Positions 49,210 through 58,870 of a stretch of DNA of 64,000 nucleotides are shown one piece after another (within the stretch, counting starts at the first letter, position 1; the number at the start of each line of letters is the position of its first letter). Below the pieces are notes generated by a model that saw only the letters and a program-made list of their open reading frames with translations, did not search any database and was not told where the DNA came from. The stretch covers positions 5,203-69,202 of the forward strand of contig CADBRR010000002.1 of the NCBI GenBank assembly GCA_902797145.1, written 5' to 3'. The DNA is from an uncultured Eubacteriales bacterium (GTDB taxonomy: Bacteria; Bacillota; Clostridia; Christensenellales; CAG-138). A program made the position numbers and the translations under genes.

Positions 49210-51171
49210 ATGAGAAAATTGTTGTGGACTCCGTCAGAAGAGTTTATAAAGTCAACAAATATGTATGACTTTATGATGTATGTAAATAAGGAAAAGGGAC
49301 TTAACCTTTCAGATTATAAGTCACTTTATAATTGGTCTGTAACAGAAATATCGGATTTCTGGGATTTGCTGTGGAAATATTTCGATATAGTATGCTCAAA
49401 ACCATATACAACACCTGTAGATGATATTAAAAAGTTTCCGGGCGCAAAGTGGTTTGTTGGCGCAGAACTCAACTATGCAGAGAATATGTTGAGATATGCA
49501 GATTCAGATAAAACAGCAATTATTTTCCGTGGTGAAAATAGCGTAAGGAGAGAAATTAGCTTTAGAGAACTTAAAGATGAAGTTATCAGAATGGCAACTT
49601 CACTTCGTAAAGAAGGAGTAAAGGTTGGCGATACTGTTGCAGGCTATATCCCGAACCTTCCTGAAACAATTATTGCAATGCTCGCAACAACAGCAATTGG
49701 CGCAACATGGTGTTCATGTGCAACAGATATAGGTCCGGGCGCAGCAGTTGACAGACTTGGTCAGGTTAAGCCTAAGGTACTTGTTACAGCTGATGGTTAT
49801 TACTATAAGGGAAAGAACTTTGATGTTACAAAGAACGCAGCTATAATTGCAGATGGTATCGAAACTGTAAATAAGGTAGTGGTAGCTCACTATGCAGGCG
49901 ATATGGAACATATTGCAGGAATCAAGAACGCTGTTGCATGGTATGATTTCCTTGAAAAGACAGCTCCTGCTGACTTCAAGTTTGAACAGGTTGAAAGCTC
50001 ACAGCCTATGGTTGTTATGTTCTCATCAGGTACAACAGGTAAGCCTAAGTGTATGGTTCAGTCAGTTGCAGGCTTGCTCCTTAATCAGCTTAAAGAACTT
50101 GCACTCCATAACGATGTTAAGCCCACAGATAGAATGCTTTATATCACAACTTGTAGCTGGATGATGTGGAACTGGCAGGCAGCTACTATTGGAACAGGCG
50201 CATCAATCGTTCTTTTTGATGGTAATCCCTCATATCCTGATACTTCAGCAATATGGAAGATTCTTGAAGAAGAAAAGGTAACTATATTCGGTTTAAGCGC
50301 AAGCTATGTTCATGCGCTTTTAGCAGAAGGCTTCTCTCCCAAGAATACAGTTGATTTGAGCGCACTTCGTGAGATTTCACAGACAGGCTCAGCGCTTTCA
50401 GAAGATGGCTTTGAATATATTTATAGAGAAATTAAGAGCGACTTGCACTTCAATTCAATCGCAGGCGGTACAGACATCAATGGTTGCTTTGCATCAGGTA
50501 ACCCAATGAGTCCCGTATATTCAGGCGAATTGCAGAATGCAGGACTTGGAATGAAGATAAACTGCTATGACGATAATGGCAAGGCAATCAGAGATGAACA
50601 GGGTGAACTCGTTTGCGAAGCACCGACACCGTCAATGCCGTTGTATTTCTGGAATGATGCTAATAATGAAAGATATATGGACGCATACTTTAGAGTATAT
50701 CCAAATATCTGGCATCATGGCGACTATGTTCTTATCCATGGCGATACGGGCGGAATAACATTCTATGGCAGATCTGACTCAGTTCTCAAGCCTTCAGGTG
50801 TAAGAATTGGTACTGCTGAAATTTATAACCAGGTAGATAAGATTGATGGAATCAAGGATAGCCTTGTAATCGGTCAGTATTATAATAACGATCAGAGAAT
50901 AGTTCTCTTTGTTCAGCTTAATGACGGAGTAGAGCTTACGGAAGAACTCAAGAAAGAGATAAAGACAACATTGCGTACAAAGGCATCACCTCGCCATGTA
51001 CCGGCTGTTATAATGCAGGTTCCTGATATTCCGAAGACTCTTAACGGCAAGAAAGTAGAAAGTGCTGTTACTAATATTGTAAACGGCAGAAAGGTTACAA
51101 ATAGGGATGCACTTTCAAATCCTGAATCACTCGACTTCTATGTAAGCATATTGCCGGAACTTAAAAAGTAA
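49210..51171 (+). CDS. Acetoacetate--CoA ligase (acetoacetyl-CoA synthetase)
   Basis: 653 aa from ATG 49210 (AAGGAG RBS). AACS-type N-terminus (LLWTPSEEFIKSTNMYDF...LYNWSV.EISDFWDLLWKYF). AMP-binding motif (MFSSGTTGKPK) and C-terminal PKTLNGKK. Confidence 0.8.
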   Translation: MRKLLWTPSEEFIKSTNMYDFMMYVNKEKGLNLSDYKSLYNWSVTEISDFWDLLWKYFDIVCSKPYTTPVDDIKKFPGAKWFVGAELNYAENMLRYADSDKTAIIFRGENSVRREISFRELKDEVIRMATSLRKEGVKVGDTVAGYIPNLPETIIAMLATTAIGATWCSCATDIGPGAAVDRLGQVKPKVLVTADGYYYKGKNFDVTKNAAIIADGIETVNKVVVAHYAGDMEHIAGIKNAVAWYDFLEKTAPADFKFEQVESSQPMVVMFSSGTTGKPKCMVQSVAGLLLNQLKELALHNDVKPTDRMLYITTCSWMMWNWQAATIGTGASIVLFDGNPSYPDTSAIWKILEEEKVTIFGLSASYVHALLAEGFSPKNTVDLSALREISQTGSALSEDGFEYIYREIKSDLHFNSIAGGTDINGCFASGNPMSPVYSGELQNAGLGMKINCYDDNGKAIRDEQGELVCEAPTPSMPLYFWNDANNERYMDAYFRVYPNIWHHGDYVLIHGDTGGITFYGRSDSVLKPSGVRIGTAEIYNQVDKIDGIKDSLVIGQYYNNDQRIVLFVQLNDGVELTEELKKEIKTTLRTKASPRHVPAVIMQVPDIPKTLNGKKVESAVTNIVNGRKVTNRDALSNPESLDFYVSILPELKK

Positions 51172-51191
51172 TTTATAACATTTTTATAAGG

Positions 51192-51226
51192 GCGGTGTAT
51201 TGTAATTCAATATACCGCTTGTTTTT
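51192..51226 (+). terminator. Rho-independent terminator
   Basis: gcggtgtatt-gtaattc-aatataccgc forms a 10-bp stem with one G-U pair, followed by ttgTTTTT. Confidence 0.7.
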
Positions 51227-51294
51227 ATAAAAAATAAAAAAATGTAACAAAATGAGGTTTTGAATCGTTTATATAGTGAAAGGTAAAAAATAAG

Positions 51295-52518
51295 ATGAAA
51301 AAAAGGAATTATCCTGTTGCGGAAATAACCCCAAAAGCTGAAAAAGCACTCGTTGGCGGTCATCCATGGGTGTATGATGCTGAAATAGTTAATGTTGACA
51401 GCGAATACCAAGACGGCGATTTAGTAGATGTTGTAAATAAAAAAGGAAGCTATCTCGGTACAGGTTTTATAAATAATAATTCTAAAATCAGAATAAGGAT
51501 TATTTCGAGAAATACAAACGACAGGTTCGATGAAGCTTTTTATAGACGTAGGCTGATATATGCGTATGAGTATAGAAAGACGGTTATGGGCGATGATATA
51601 AAGGCATCACGAATAATATTTGGTGAAGCAGACCAGTTTCCGGGACTTACTGTTGATAGATTTAACGATGTACTCGTTACACAGACTCTTTCACTCGGAA
51701 TTGAAAGGATTAAAAATATGCTCTTTCCAATGCTTGTTGAGATAATGCGTGAAGATGGTCAGCAGATTAAGGGAGTATATGAGCGAAATGACGTTTCAAT
51801 TAGAAAACTTGAGGGAATGGAAGAATATAAAGGCTGGTTCAAGCTTGATGGAGAGTCAGTTCCTGAAAGCAGAACAACAGAGATTGAAGAGAATGGAATA
51901 AAATATCTTGTAGATTTTGAAAACGGCCAGAAAACAGGATTCTTCCTCGATCAGAAATATAATAGGCTTGCAGTTTCAAAAATTGCAAAGGGTAAGAATG
52001 TCCTTGATTGCTTTACTCATACAGGGTCATTTGCACTTAACGCTGCAAAGGGCGGAGCAGAGCACGTTACAGCAGTTGATGTTTCTCAAACTGCTATAGA
52101 TATGGCAAAGCTCAACGCACAGAGAAACGGACTTGACGGAAAAATGGATTTTGTTTGCGAGGATGTTTTCGATTTGTTGACAGAGCTTGAACAAAAACCT
52201 AAAAAGTATGATTTTATAATTCTTGATCCGCCAGCATTTACAAAGTCAAGAAAGACTATTGATAATGCAATGCGTGGATATAAGGATATAAATTATCGTG
52301 CAATGAAAATATTGCCACGTGGAGGATATCTTGCAACTTGTTCATGTTCGCATTTTGCAAGCGAAGAACTGTTTGTAAAAATGCTCAGGAGTGCAGCGAG
52401 GGATGCACAGGTTGAGTTGAGGCAAATAGAGGCAAGACAGCAGGCGTGCGATCATCCAATTTTGTGGAATGTGGATGAAACAAATTACCTGAAATTCTTT
52501 ATTTTCCAGGTAATATAA
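51295..52518 (+). CDS. RlmI/RlmK-like class I SAM-dependent rRNA (cytosine-C5) methyltransferase with PUA domain
   Basis: 407 aa. N-terminal GHPWVYD motif, QKTGFFLDQK, SAM-binding VLDCFTHTGSFAL, ILDPPAF. Confidence 0.8.
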   Translation: MKKRNYPVAEITPKAEKALVGGHPWVYDAEIVNVDSEYQDGDLVDVVNKKGSYLGTGFINNNSKIRIRIISRNTNDRFDEAFYRRRLIYAYEYRKTVMGDDIKASRIIFGEADQFPGLTVDRFNDVLVTQTLSLGIERIKNMLFPMLVEIMREDGQQIKGVYERNDVSIRKLEGMEEYKGWFKLDGESVPESRTTEIEENGIKYLVDFENGQKTGFFLDQKYNRLAVSKIAKGKNVLDCFTHTGSFALNAAKGGAEHVTAVDVSQTAIDMAKLNAQRNGLDGKMDFVCEDVFDLLTELEQKPKKYDFIILDPPAFTKSRKTIDNAMRGYKDINYRAMKILPRGGYLATCSCSHFASEELFVKMLRSAARDAQVELRQIEARQQACDHPILWNVDETNYLKFFIFQVI

Positions 52519-52539
52519 TAAAAGTTAAGGAGGGTTATT

Positions 52540-53490
52540 ATGTCTGAAACAGCAAAAAAGTATGTTGAATTAAAGAACAAAATCGTAGAAAATTGTTCAA
52601 AAGTAATAGTCGGAAAGGAAGATAAAATTAAACTTCTTTTAATAACGTTCGTGTGTGGTGGTCATGTTCTGCTTGAAGATGTGCCGGGTACAGGAAAGAC
52701 AATGCTTTTGAGGGCTTTTGCAAAGACGATAGGTGCTGATTTCAAAAGAATACAGTTTACACCTGATTTGTTGCCATCAGATATAACAGGTATAAACTTC
52801 TTTAACAGAAAGACAGACGAATTTGAATTTAGGCATGGTCCGATTTTTACAAACCTCGTGCTTGCAGACGAAATAAACAGGGCAACTCCGAGAACACAAT
52901 CGAGCCTTCTTGAAGCTATGGCTGAAAAACAGGTTTCTGCTGACGGAATGACAATGCGCTTGCCCGAACCATTTATGGTAATGGCAACACAAAACCCGAT
53001 TGAATCGTATGGAACGTTCCCACTCCCTGAAGCGCAGCTCGATAGATTCTTTATGAGATTGTCGCTTGGTTATATGACAAGGGAACAGGAATTGTCTGTA
53101 ATTGCAAGAAAATCATCAGATGCAATAGTTGATGAGCTTAAAAACGTTGTAACGCTTGATGAGATTGAATATTTAAAGAACAATTTTAATTCAGTAAAGG
53201 TAAGCGATGAAGTTGCAGGATATATGATGGATATAATCGAAGGAACAAGGCATGATAATAAATTCACGATTGGTTCATCAACAAGGGGAGCAATAGCACT
53301 TTATAAAGCATCACAGGTTATGGCATTGTTTGAAGGCAGGGATTATGTTATACCCGAAGATGTAAAGGCTGTTGCTGAGCCTGTTCTTTGTCATAGATTG
53401 ACAAGCGTTGGAAATGTAAGCTATGAAGACGTTTCAAGGTGCTTCAAAGCCATCATTGAAAATATAACTGTTCCGCTTGAAAAAATATGA
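52540..53490 (+). CDS. MoxR-family AAA+ ATPase
   Basis: 316 aa. Walker A (GVPGTGKT), Walker B (LADEINRA), ATQNPIE..GTFPLPEAQLDRF. Confidence 0.9.
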   Translation: MSETAKKYVELKNKIVENCSKVIVGKEDKIKLLLITFVCGGHVLLEDVPGTGKTMLLRAFAKTIGADFKRIQFTPDLLPSDITGINFFNRKTDEFEFRHGPIFTNLVLADEINRATPRTQSSLLEAMAEKQVSADGMTMRLPEPFMVMATQNPIESYGTFPLPEAQLDRFFMRLSLGYMTREQELSVIARKSSDAIVDELKNVVTLDEIEYLKNNFNSVKVSDEVAGYMMDIIEGTRHDNKFTIGSSTRGAIALYKASQVMALFEGRDYVIPEDVKAVAEPVLCHRLTSVGNVSYEDVSRCFKAIIENITVPLEKI

Positions 53491-54563
53491 TACTGCTAAT
53501 AGTTGCTGTAATAATATCTATCATAGTCGCAATTGATAGATATGTGGCGAGTCATATTTTTGATGGTGTAAGCTATGATTGTAACTTAAAGCAAACTGCT
53601 GTTGAGCAAGATGAAGCTTTTGCAGTTGAATCCGTTGTAGAAAATAATAAACTAATGCCTATGCTGACGTTTACTATGTCTGAAATTATGCCTGCCGATA
53701 TTGAATATGTAGGCGACGATGAAATAGTTATGAATACGAGCAAGTATGCTACAACGGTTTATACAAGGGATACATATCTGCTTTCACATCAAAGAATGCG
53801 AAATGAACGAATGTATAAACTCGGCCGAAGGGGTAGATATATATTCAGGGGTGGAAATATTGTTTCGGGCGATTTACTCGGAATATATACAATGAGTAAA
53901 AGTTATAGCACAGTCAAAGAAATAGTAGTTTTGCCACAAAGTAAGGCTTCTGACGATATAAAGACTACGATAAGCGGCGTATTCGGTGATATATCGGTAA
54001 GAAGATTTGTTATAGAAGACCCAATTTTGACCGTAGGTTTTAGGGAATATTCGGGCAGGGAACCTCAAAAGAGCATATCATGGACACAGACAGCACGAAT
54101 GGGCGATATGATGGTAAAGGTATATGATCATACAGTAGAAATGACGGTTACTGTTATGCTAAATATCGAAAATGGCACTTATAATGATATGGAAAATTGT
54201 TATAGCGTCACAAGATATGTGCTTGAAGAGCTTGAGAAAAAGCATATAAGATATGATTTTATAACAAATGCAAATACTTCGGGTATCGTTGGAAAATGGT
54301 CGTATATAAGCGAAGGTATAGGAAAAAATCATTTGATGTCTATACTTGAAGGCTTAGGTCGTGCAACTTATGATTACTTTGAACCGTTTGAAAATACTAT
54401 AGCCCGTGCTTCAAGAACGATTTATGGTGAAAAAAGTATTATTATAATAACTCCAAATTGTAGTAAGGATTATGATTTAGCAATAAATAATCTTCGTGCA
54501 AGATGCGGCGGCAAGGTTCAGATTATTAATGTTGCCAATATGAGCAACGAAAAGGGGGCATAA
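53487..54563 (+). CDS. DUF58-domain protein
   Basis: 358 aa, ATG overlaps the MoxR stop, N-terminal TM helix. DUF58 signature FREYSGREPQKSISWTQTARMGDMMVKVYD. Confidence 0.75.
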   Translation: MILLIVAVIISIIVAIDRYVASHIFDGVSYDCNLKQTAVEQDEAFAVESVVENNKLMPMLTFTMSEIMPADIEYVGDDEIVMNTSKYATTVYTRDTYLLSHQRMRNERMYKLGRRGRYIFRGGNIVSGDLLGIYTMSKSYSTVKEIVVLPQSKASDDIKTTISGVFGDISVRRFVIEDPILTVGFREYSGREPQKSISWTQTARMGDMMVKVYDHTVEMTVTVMLNIENGTYNDMENCYSVTRYVLEELEKKHIRYDFITNANTSGIVGKWSYISEGIGKNHLMSILEGLGRATYDYFEPFENTIARASRTIYGEKSIIIITPNCSKDYDLAINNLRARCGGKVQIINVANMSNEKGA

Positions 54564-54564
54564 T

Positions 54565-55758
54565 ATGGAACTTGAGATTTTTACAAGGCTTGCTTGTGAA
54601 GCATCTGTATATGCCTTGATTACGGGATTTATTTCATTGATATTGGGCGGAAGGGGAATCCCATTCAGCCTTTGTTTGTTCGTTCCGGTAGCATCAACGC
54701 TTTCATATCTTATTTCTAATAAGAAAAAGACATTGGCAGTTTTGCCTTCTGCTCTGGTGCTTATTTCTATTATCGGATTTAAAAATGAAGCGGATATAGC
54801 TTTTGTTGTTTTATCGTTTGTTTATGTTGTTTATATAAGTATATCGGGAAAATATTCAACAAAATATAGCGGTTTTAGAAAAATAATGCTTTATGGTCTT
54901 GTATCGTTCGTGCTTGTTGCATCAGCGGCAACATTTATGAAGCTGCCTAATGAGAACTTCCCTATGGATACTGTAAGATTGTTTGGGGTTTACGCAGTAA
55001 GCGGAATAATTTGTTTGCAATTTTTACAGCATAATAAGTCCGTTTCGACAGAAAGTGAATTTAAATATGCAAACTTGAAAATAATGGGCTTGCTTGCAGT
55101 TGTAATGCTGTTTCTCACATGGGATTTGCCATATAAGCTTATAGTTTCACTAATATCAATTATATTGAATTTTTTGTTCGGACTATTACGGTATCTCGGA
55201 CTTGAAATAGGTAATATAGAGTTTACAGACTTAGGTTTAGAAGCCCATGAGGATATGAAACGCTCAAATGAAGTTGGTGGTAAACAGTCAGAAGATGAGC
55301 CTTTTGATGTCAACTTGCCGGGAAATACTACCGTAATGATTATAGTCGGTGTAATCATTGCGGGCGCAATATTGTTCTTTTTAATAAGAATGTTCTCAAA
55401 CAATAAGGCAGTAGAAAAAACTAAATTAAATAAAATAAATAGAGAACATATCAAGAACGATGAAAAGAATAAATCTGATGATAGGCTTGTTGGCAATAGG
55501 GGCGAAGTAAGAAAATATTATAAGAAATTCCTTGAACTTTGTAAAAAACGCAACATAAGGCTTGAACCATTTGATACAAGCCTTGATGTAGAGGATAAAA
55601 GCATAAGCGAATTTGAAGAAAACGCATTGAGGCAGATGCGTAAAGTCTATATCAGCGCAAGGTATGATGATGAAGACGTAACAAGTGCTGATGCAAAATC
55701 TGCAAAGGAAATTTATAACGAACTAAACAAAAGATTGAAAGTTAATAAAAAAGTATGA
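54565..55758 (+). CDS. Polytopic membrane protein with a DUF4129-like C-terminal domain
   Basis: 397 aa, about 7 TM helices, then a cytoplasmic tail (VRKYYKKFLELCKKRNIRLEPFDTSLDV...VYISARYDDEDVT) resembling DUF4129. This is the usual third member of MoxR-DUF58 operons. Confidence 0.5.
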   Translation: MELEIFTRLACEASVYALITGFISLILGGRGIPFSLCLFVPVASTLSYLISNKKKTLAVLPSALVLISIIGFKNEADIAFVVLSFVYVVYISISGKYSTKYSGFRKIMLYGLVSFVLVASAATFMKLPNENFPMDTVRLFGVYAVSGIICLQFLQHNKSVSTESEFKYANLKIMGLLAVVMLFLTWDLPYKLIVSLISIILNFLFGLLRYLGLEIGNIEFTDLGLEAHEDMKRSNEVGGKQSEDEPFDVNLPGNTTVMIIVGVIIAGAILFFLIRMFSNNKAVEKTKLNKINREHIKNDEKNKSDDRLVGNRGEVRKYYKKFLELCKKRNIRLEPFDTSLDVEDKSISEFEENALRQMRKVYISARYDDEDVTSADAKSAKEIYNELNKRLKVNKKV

Positions 55759-55764
55759 TAATCT

Positions 55765-55792
55765 GACCGCACTCGTTTGCGGTCGGTTTTTT
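55765..55792. terminator. Intrinsic terminator between convergent genes
   Basis: gaccgca-ctcgtt-tgcggtc is a perfect 7-bp stem followed by ggTTTTTT. Confidence 0.7.
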
Positions 55793-56042
55793 AACCCTTT
55801 ATCTGACTTAGAATATCTTTTAATTTTCGTTGCTGTGATGGATTTAGCATGGGCATAAGATTTTTTGAAACTTCTTCAAGCTGAGCATCTGAAAGATTTC
55901 CGTTCTTTTTTTCGTTTTCGGTAATTGTTTTTAAGTCGGAAAAAAGCTCGGATTTGTCTTTCTTGGAATATTGATTTATTATTTTTTCAAGTTCCTCAGG
56001 CGATTGAGAATCAGTTTTTTTGTCAAATAAACTTTTTTTCAT
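55791..56042 (-). CDS. Small hydrophilic hypothetical protein
   Basis: 83 aa with an AAGGAG RBS. Highly charged, predicted helical, no recognisable family. Confidence 0.5.
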   Translation of the reverse strand: MKKSLFDKKTDSQSPEELEKIINQYSKKDKSELFSDLKTITENEKKNGNLSDAQLEEVSKNLMPMLNPSQQRKLKDILSQIKG

Positions 56043-56133
56043 AAAAAACTCCTTTAGATTTTTTCTATATATTATTCAGTAAACAAAAATTTGTTTACAA
56101 CATAGAATATAGAAAAGATACGGAGGTGGCATT

Positions 56134-56547
56134 ATGCAAAGGGTAGCACCATTTACAAGACCTGCTGTAAACGATAGAAACAGCAGAAATATGAATGTCC
56201 AGACTAAAAATAACGATGCTGGCATAAATACTGATTCTCCTGCATTTCAGCTTGCAAAGCGCATAAGGGCTGAACAGGGCGTTGAACAGGTAAAAAAATT
56301 TATCGCTGCAATAGAACCGTTTGTTGCGGAGGAAGAAAGGAAAACTATATCACAAAGGTTTGGGATAAATTTTGATGATATAAAATCAATTTCAAATAAT
56401 GTAAATCAATCGGAAAATAAACCCGATACATCAAATAATAATGGACTCGATATGCAAAAAATGATGATGCTTTTATCAACGATGATGGGCGGTGCAGGAA
56501 AAACTCCTGATATAATGACCCTTATGAGCCTTATGAACAATAAATAA
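56134..56547 (+). CDS. Hypothetical protein with a Met/Asn-rich C-terminus
   Basis: 137 aa with a GGAGGTGG RBS. No recognisable family. Confidence 0.5.
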   Translation: MQRVAPFTRPAVNDRNSRNMNVQTKNNDAGINTDSPAFQLAKRIRAEQGVEQVKKFIAAIEPFVAEEERKTISQRFGINFDDIKSISNNVNQSENKPDTSNNNGLDMQKMMMLLSTMMGGAGKTPDIMTLMSLMNNK

Positions 56548-56550
56548 GGC

Positions 56551-56580
56551 TTGCAATAAGTGCTTGTGTTGTTTTATAAT
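56551..56580 (+). promoter_or_regulatory. Candidate sigma-A promoter for nth
   Basis: TTGCAA - 18 nt - TATAAT. Confidence 0.5.
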
Positions 56581-56613
56581 GGTATCAGGGAAATTATGTA
56601 AAGGAGAGCTTGT

Positions 56614-57276
56614 ATGCGTGAAACAAAAAAGGCAAAGCAGGAAAGAATAAATAATGCACTTTATGTGCTCGAAAAGCTGTATCCTGATGCTAAACCGCAG
56701 CTTGATTTTACTACTCCGTTTGAACTGCTGATAGCTACTATGCTGTCAGCACAGTGTACGGACAAGCAGGTAAATAAATGTACAGCTCAGCTTTTTAAAG
56801 TTGCCGATAATGCCTATGATATGGCAAAACTAGATTATGATACACTTGTAAGTTATATAAAAGGATGCGGACTCTTTAAGACAAAGGCAGAGAATATATT
56901 AAAAACTTGTAATATTCTCGTAGAAAAATATAATGGAGAAGTACCGCAAGATATGGAAAGCTTGACATCACTTCCCGGAGTTGGTAGAAAGACGGCAAAT
57001 GTCGTGCTTGCAAATGCGTTTAATGTTCCGGCAATAGCGGTGGATACACATGTTTTTAGGGTATCAAATAGAATAGGGCTTGCTGATGCAAAAGATGTGC
57101 TCAATACTGAAAAACAACTTATGGAGAATATTCCTATGGAAAATTGGTCAAAGGCACATCATTGGATAATTTATCATGGAAGGCAGGTTTGCGCAAGCAG
57201 AAATCCCAAATGCGATAAGTGCGAAGTAAAGCCGTATTGCCTTATGAATGGCGTTGAAAATACAAAGAATAAATAA
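56614..57276 (+). CDS. nth: Endonuclease III
   Basis: 220 aa. HhH-GPD (LPGVGRKTANVVL), catalytic region (AVDTHVFRVSNRIG), [4Fe-4S] cluster loop C-x6-C-x2-C-x5-C (CASRNPKCDKCEVKPYC). Confidence 0.9.
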   Translation: MRETKKAKQERINNALYVLEKLYPDAKPQLDFTTPFELLIATMLSAQCTDKQVNKCTAQLFKVADNAYDMAKLDYDTLVSYIKGCGLFKTKAENILKTCNILVEKYNGEVPQDMESLTSLPGVGRKTANVVLANAFNVPAIAVDTHVFRVSNRIGLADAKDVLNTEKQLMENIPMENWSKAHHWIIYHGRQVCASRNPKCDKCEVKPYCLMNGVENTKNK

Positions 57277-57289
57277 TTAGGAGAAAAAT

Positions 57290-58558
57290 ATGCAGTTTGT
57301 AGATAAAGCGAAGATAATTGTAAAAGCAGGTGACGGCGGTGACGGAAGCGCATCGTTTCATCGTGAAAAATATGTAATGAAGGGCGGCCCCGATGGCGGT
57401 GATGGCGGCAGAGGTGGAAATATCGTATTTGCAGCAGATGAGGGTATGAATACGCTGCTCGACTTTAAGTTTATGCGCCATTATAGGGCAGAACGAGGCG
57501 AAAATGGTTCTGCTAAAAATTCAAGCGGAAAGAATGGTCAGGATTTAATTATAAAAGTTCCTGTTGGTACTCTTGTAAGGGATATTGAAACAGGAAAAAT
57601 AGTTGCTGATTTGAATAAACCGGGCAGGGAAAAAATAGTTCTCTTCGGAGGTCGTGGCGGTAAGGGTAATGCAAGGTTTGCAACCCCGACAAGAAAAGCT
57701 CCTAAGTTTGCGCAGCCTGGTCAAAAGGTAAAAGAGCATGAGTTTGAGCTTGAACTTAAAACTATTGCCGATGTAGGACTTATAGGTCTTCCTAATGTCG
57801 GTAAATCAACTATTTTGTCGGTTTTGACCTCTGCAAGGCCGAAGATTGCAAACTACCATTTTACAACGCTTACTCCGAATCTTGGCGTCGTTAAAAGATA
57901 TGAGCAGACATTCGTGCTTGCAGATATTCCGGGACTTATAGAGGGCGCATCAGAAGGCGTTGGTCTTGGTCATGATTTCTTGCGCCATGTAGAAAGAACA
58001 AGGGCGCTTATTCATGTGCTTGATATCTCAGGCTGTGAAGATAGAGATCCTGTTGAGGATTATTATCAGATAAATAAGGAACTTTTGCAGTATAGTGAAA
58101 GACTTGCTGATATCCCACAGATTATAGCAGCAAATAAAATGGATATTACAGGCGCTCAAGAAAATCTTGAAAGGCTTAAAGATGCACTTAAAGATGAAAA
58201 TGTCAGGATTTTCCCTGTTTCTGCTGCAACAGTAAGCGGATTTGAAAAGCTCATAGATTCAGTAATTGATATTCTTAAAGAACTCCCGCCTGTATATGAG
58301 TTTGAAGAAGAAGAATTAGATGATGGCCCGCAGTATGAAGATGGATTTGAAATTGTTATGGATGGCGATGTATTCGTTATAACAGGCGGTGTGGCAGAAT
58401 ATTTACTTGATACTACATATGCAAACGATGTCGACTCAATGAGGAGATTCCAGCAGTATCTCATAAAAGAGGGCGTAATCGAAGCGCTTCGTGAAAAAGG
58501 CGCAAGAGAGGGCAGCGTAATAAGAATTGGTGAATGGGAATTTGATTTTGTAGATTAA
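57290..58558 (+). CDS. obg: GTPase Obg/CgtA
   Basis: 422 aa. Gly-rich Obg fold (GGDGGDGGRGG), G1 (GLPNVGKST), G3 (DIPGLIEGA), NKMD, C-terminal OCT domain. Confidence 0.95.
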   Translation: MQFVDKAKIIVKAGDGGDGSASFHREKYVMKGGPDGGDGGRGGNIVFAADEGMNTLLDFKFMRHYRAERGENGSAKNSSGKNGQDLIIKVPVGTLVRDIETGKIVADLNKPGREKIVLFGGRGGKGNARFATPTRKAPKFAQPGQKVKEHEFELELKTIADVGLIGLPNVGKSTILSVLTSARPKIANYHFTTLTPNLGVVKRYEQTFVLADIPGLIEGASEGVGLGHDFLRHVERTRALIHVLDISGCEDRDPVEDYYQINKELLQYSERLADIPQIIAANKMDITGAQENLERLKDALKDENVRIFPVSAATVSGFEKLIDSVIDILKELPPVYEFEEEELDDGPQYEDGFEIVMDGDVFVITGGVAEYLLDTTYANDVDSMRRFQQYLIKEGVIEALREKGAREGSVIRIGEWEFDFVD

Positions 58559-58576
58559 AATAGAAAGGTGAAAAAT

Positions 58577-58870
58577 ATGTTAAATAGCAGACAAAGAGCG
58601 CAGCTTCGATCGCTCGCAAATAGTATACAGCCTATATTCCAGATAGGAAAAGGCGGAATAAATGACAACCTTATTGAACAAATATCAGATGCGCTTGAAG
58701 CAAGGGAAATTGTAAAGGTTACAATCCTTGAAACGGCAGATGTAACTGCACGTGAAGCAAGCGATATGATTTCTGAAAAGTGCGGCGCAGACCCTGTTCA
58801 GTGTATTGGCAGGAGATTTGTATTGTATCGTGAATCTGAAAAAAATAAAAGGATTGAACTCGTAAAATGA
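58577..58870 (+). CDS. YhbY-family (CRM domain) RNA-binding protein
   Basis: LRSLANSIQPIFQIGKGGINDNLIEQISDALEAREIVKV matches the YhbY pattern. ATG 58577 lies after AAAGGTG; GTG 58568 is an alternative start. Confidence 0.8.
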   Translation: MLNSRQRAQLRSLANSIQPIFQIGKGGINDNLIEQISDALEAREIVKVTILETADVTAREASDMISEKCGADPVQCIGRRFVLYRESEKNKRIELVK

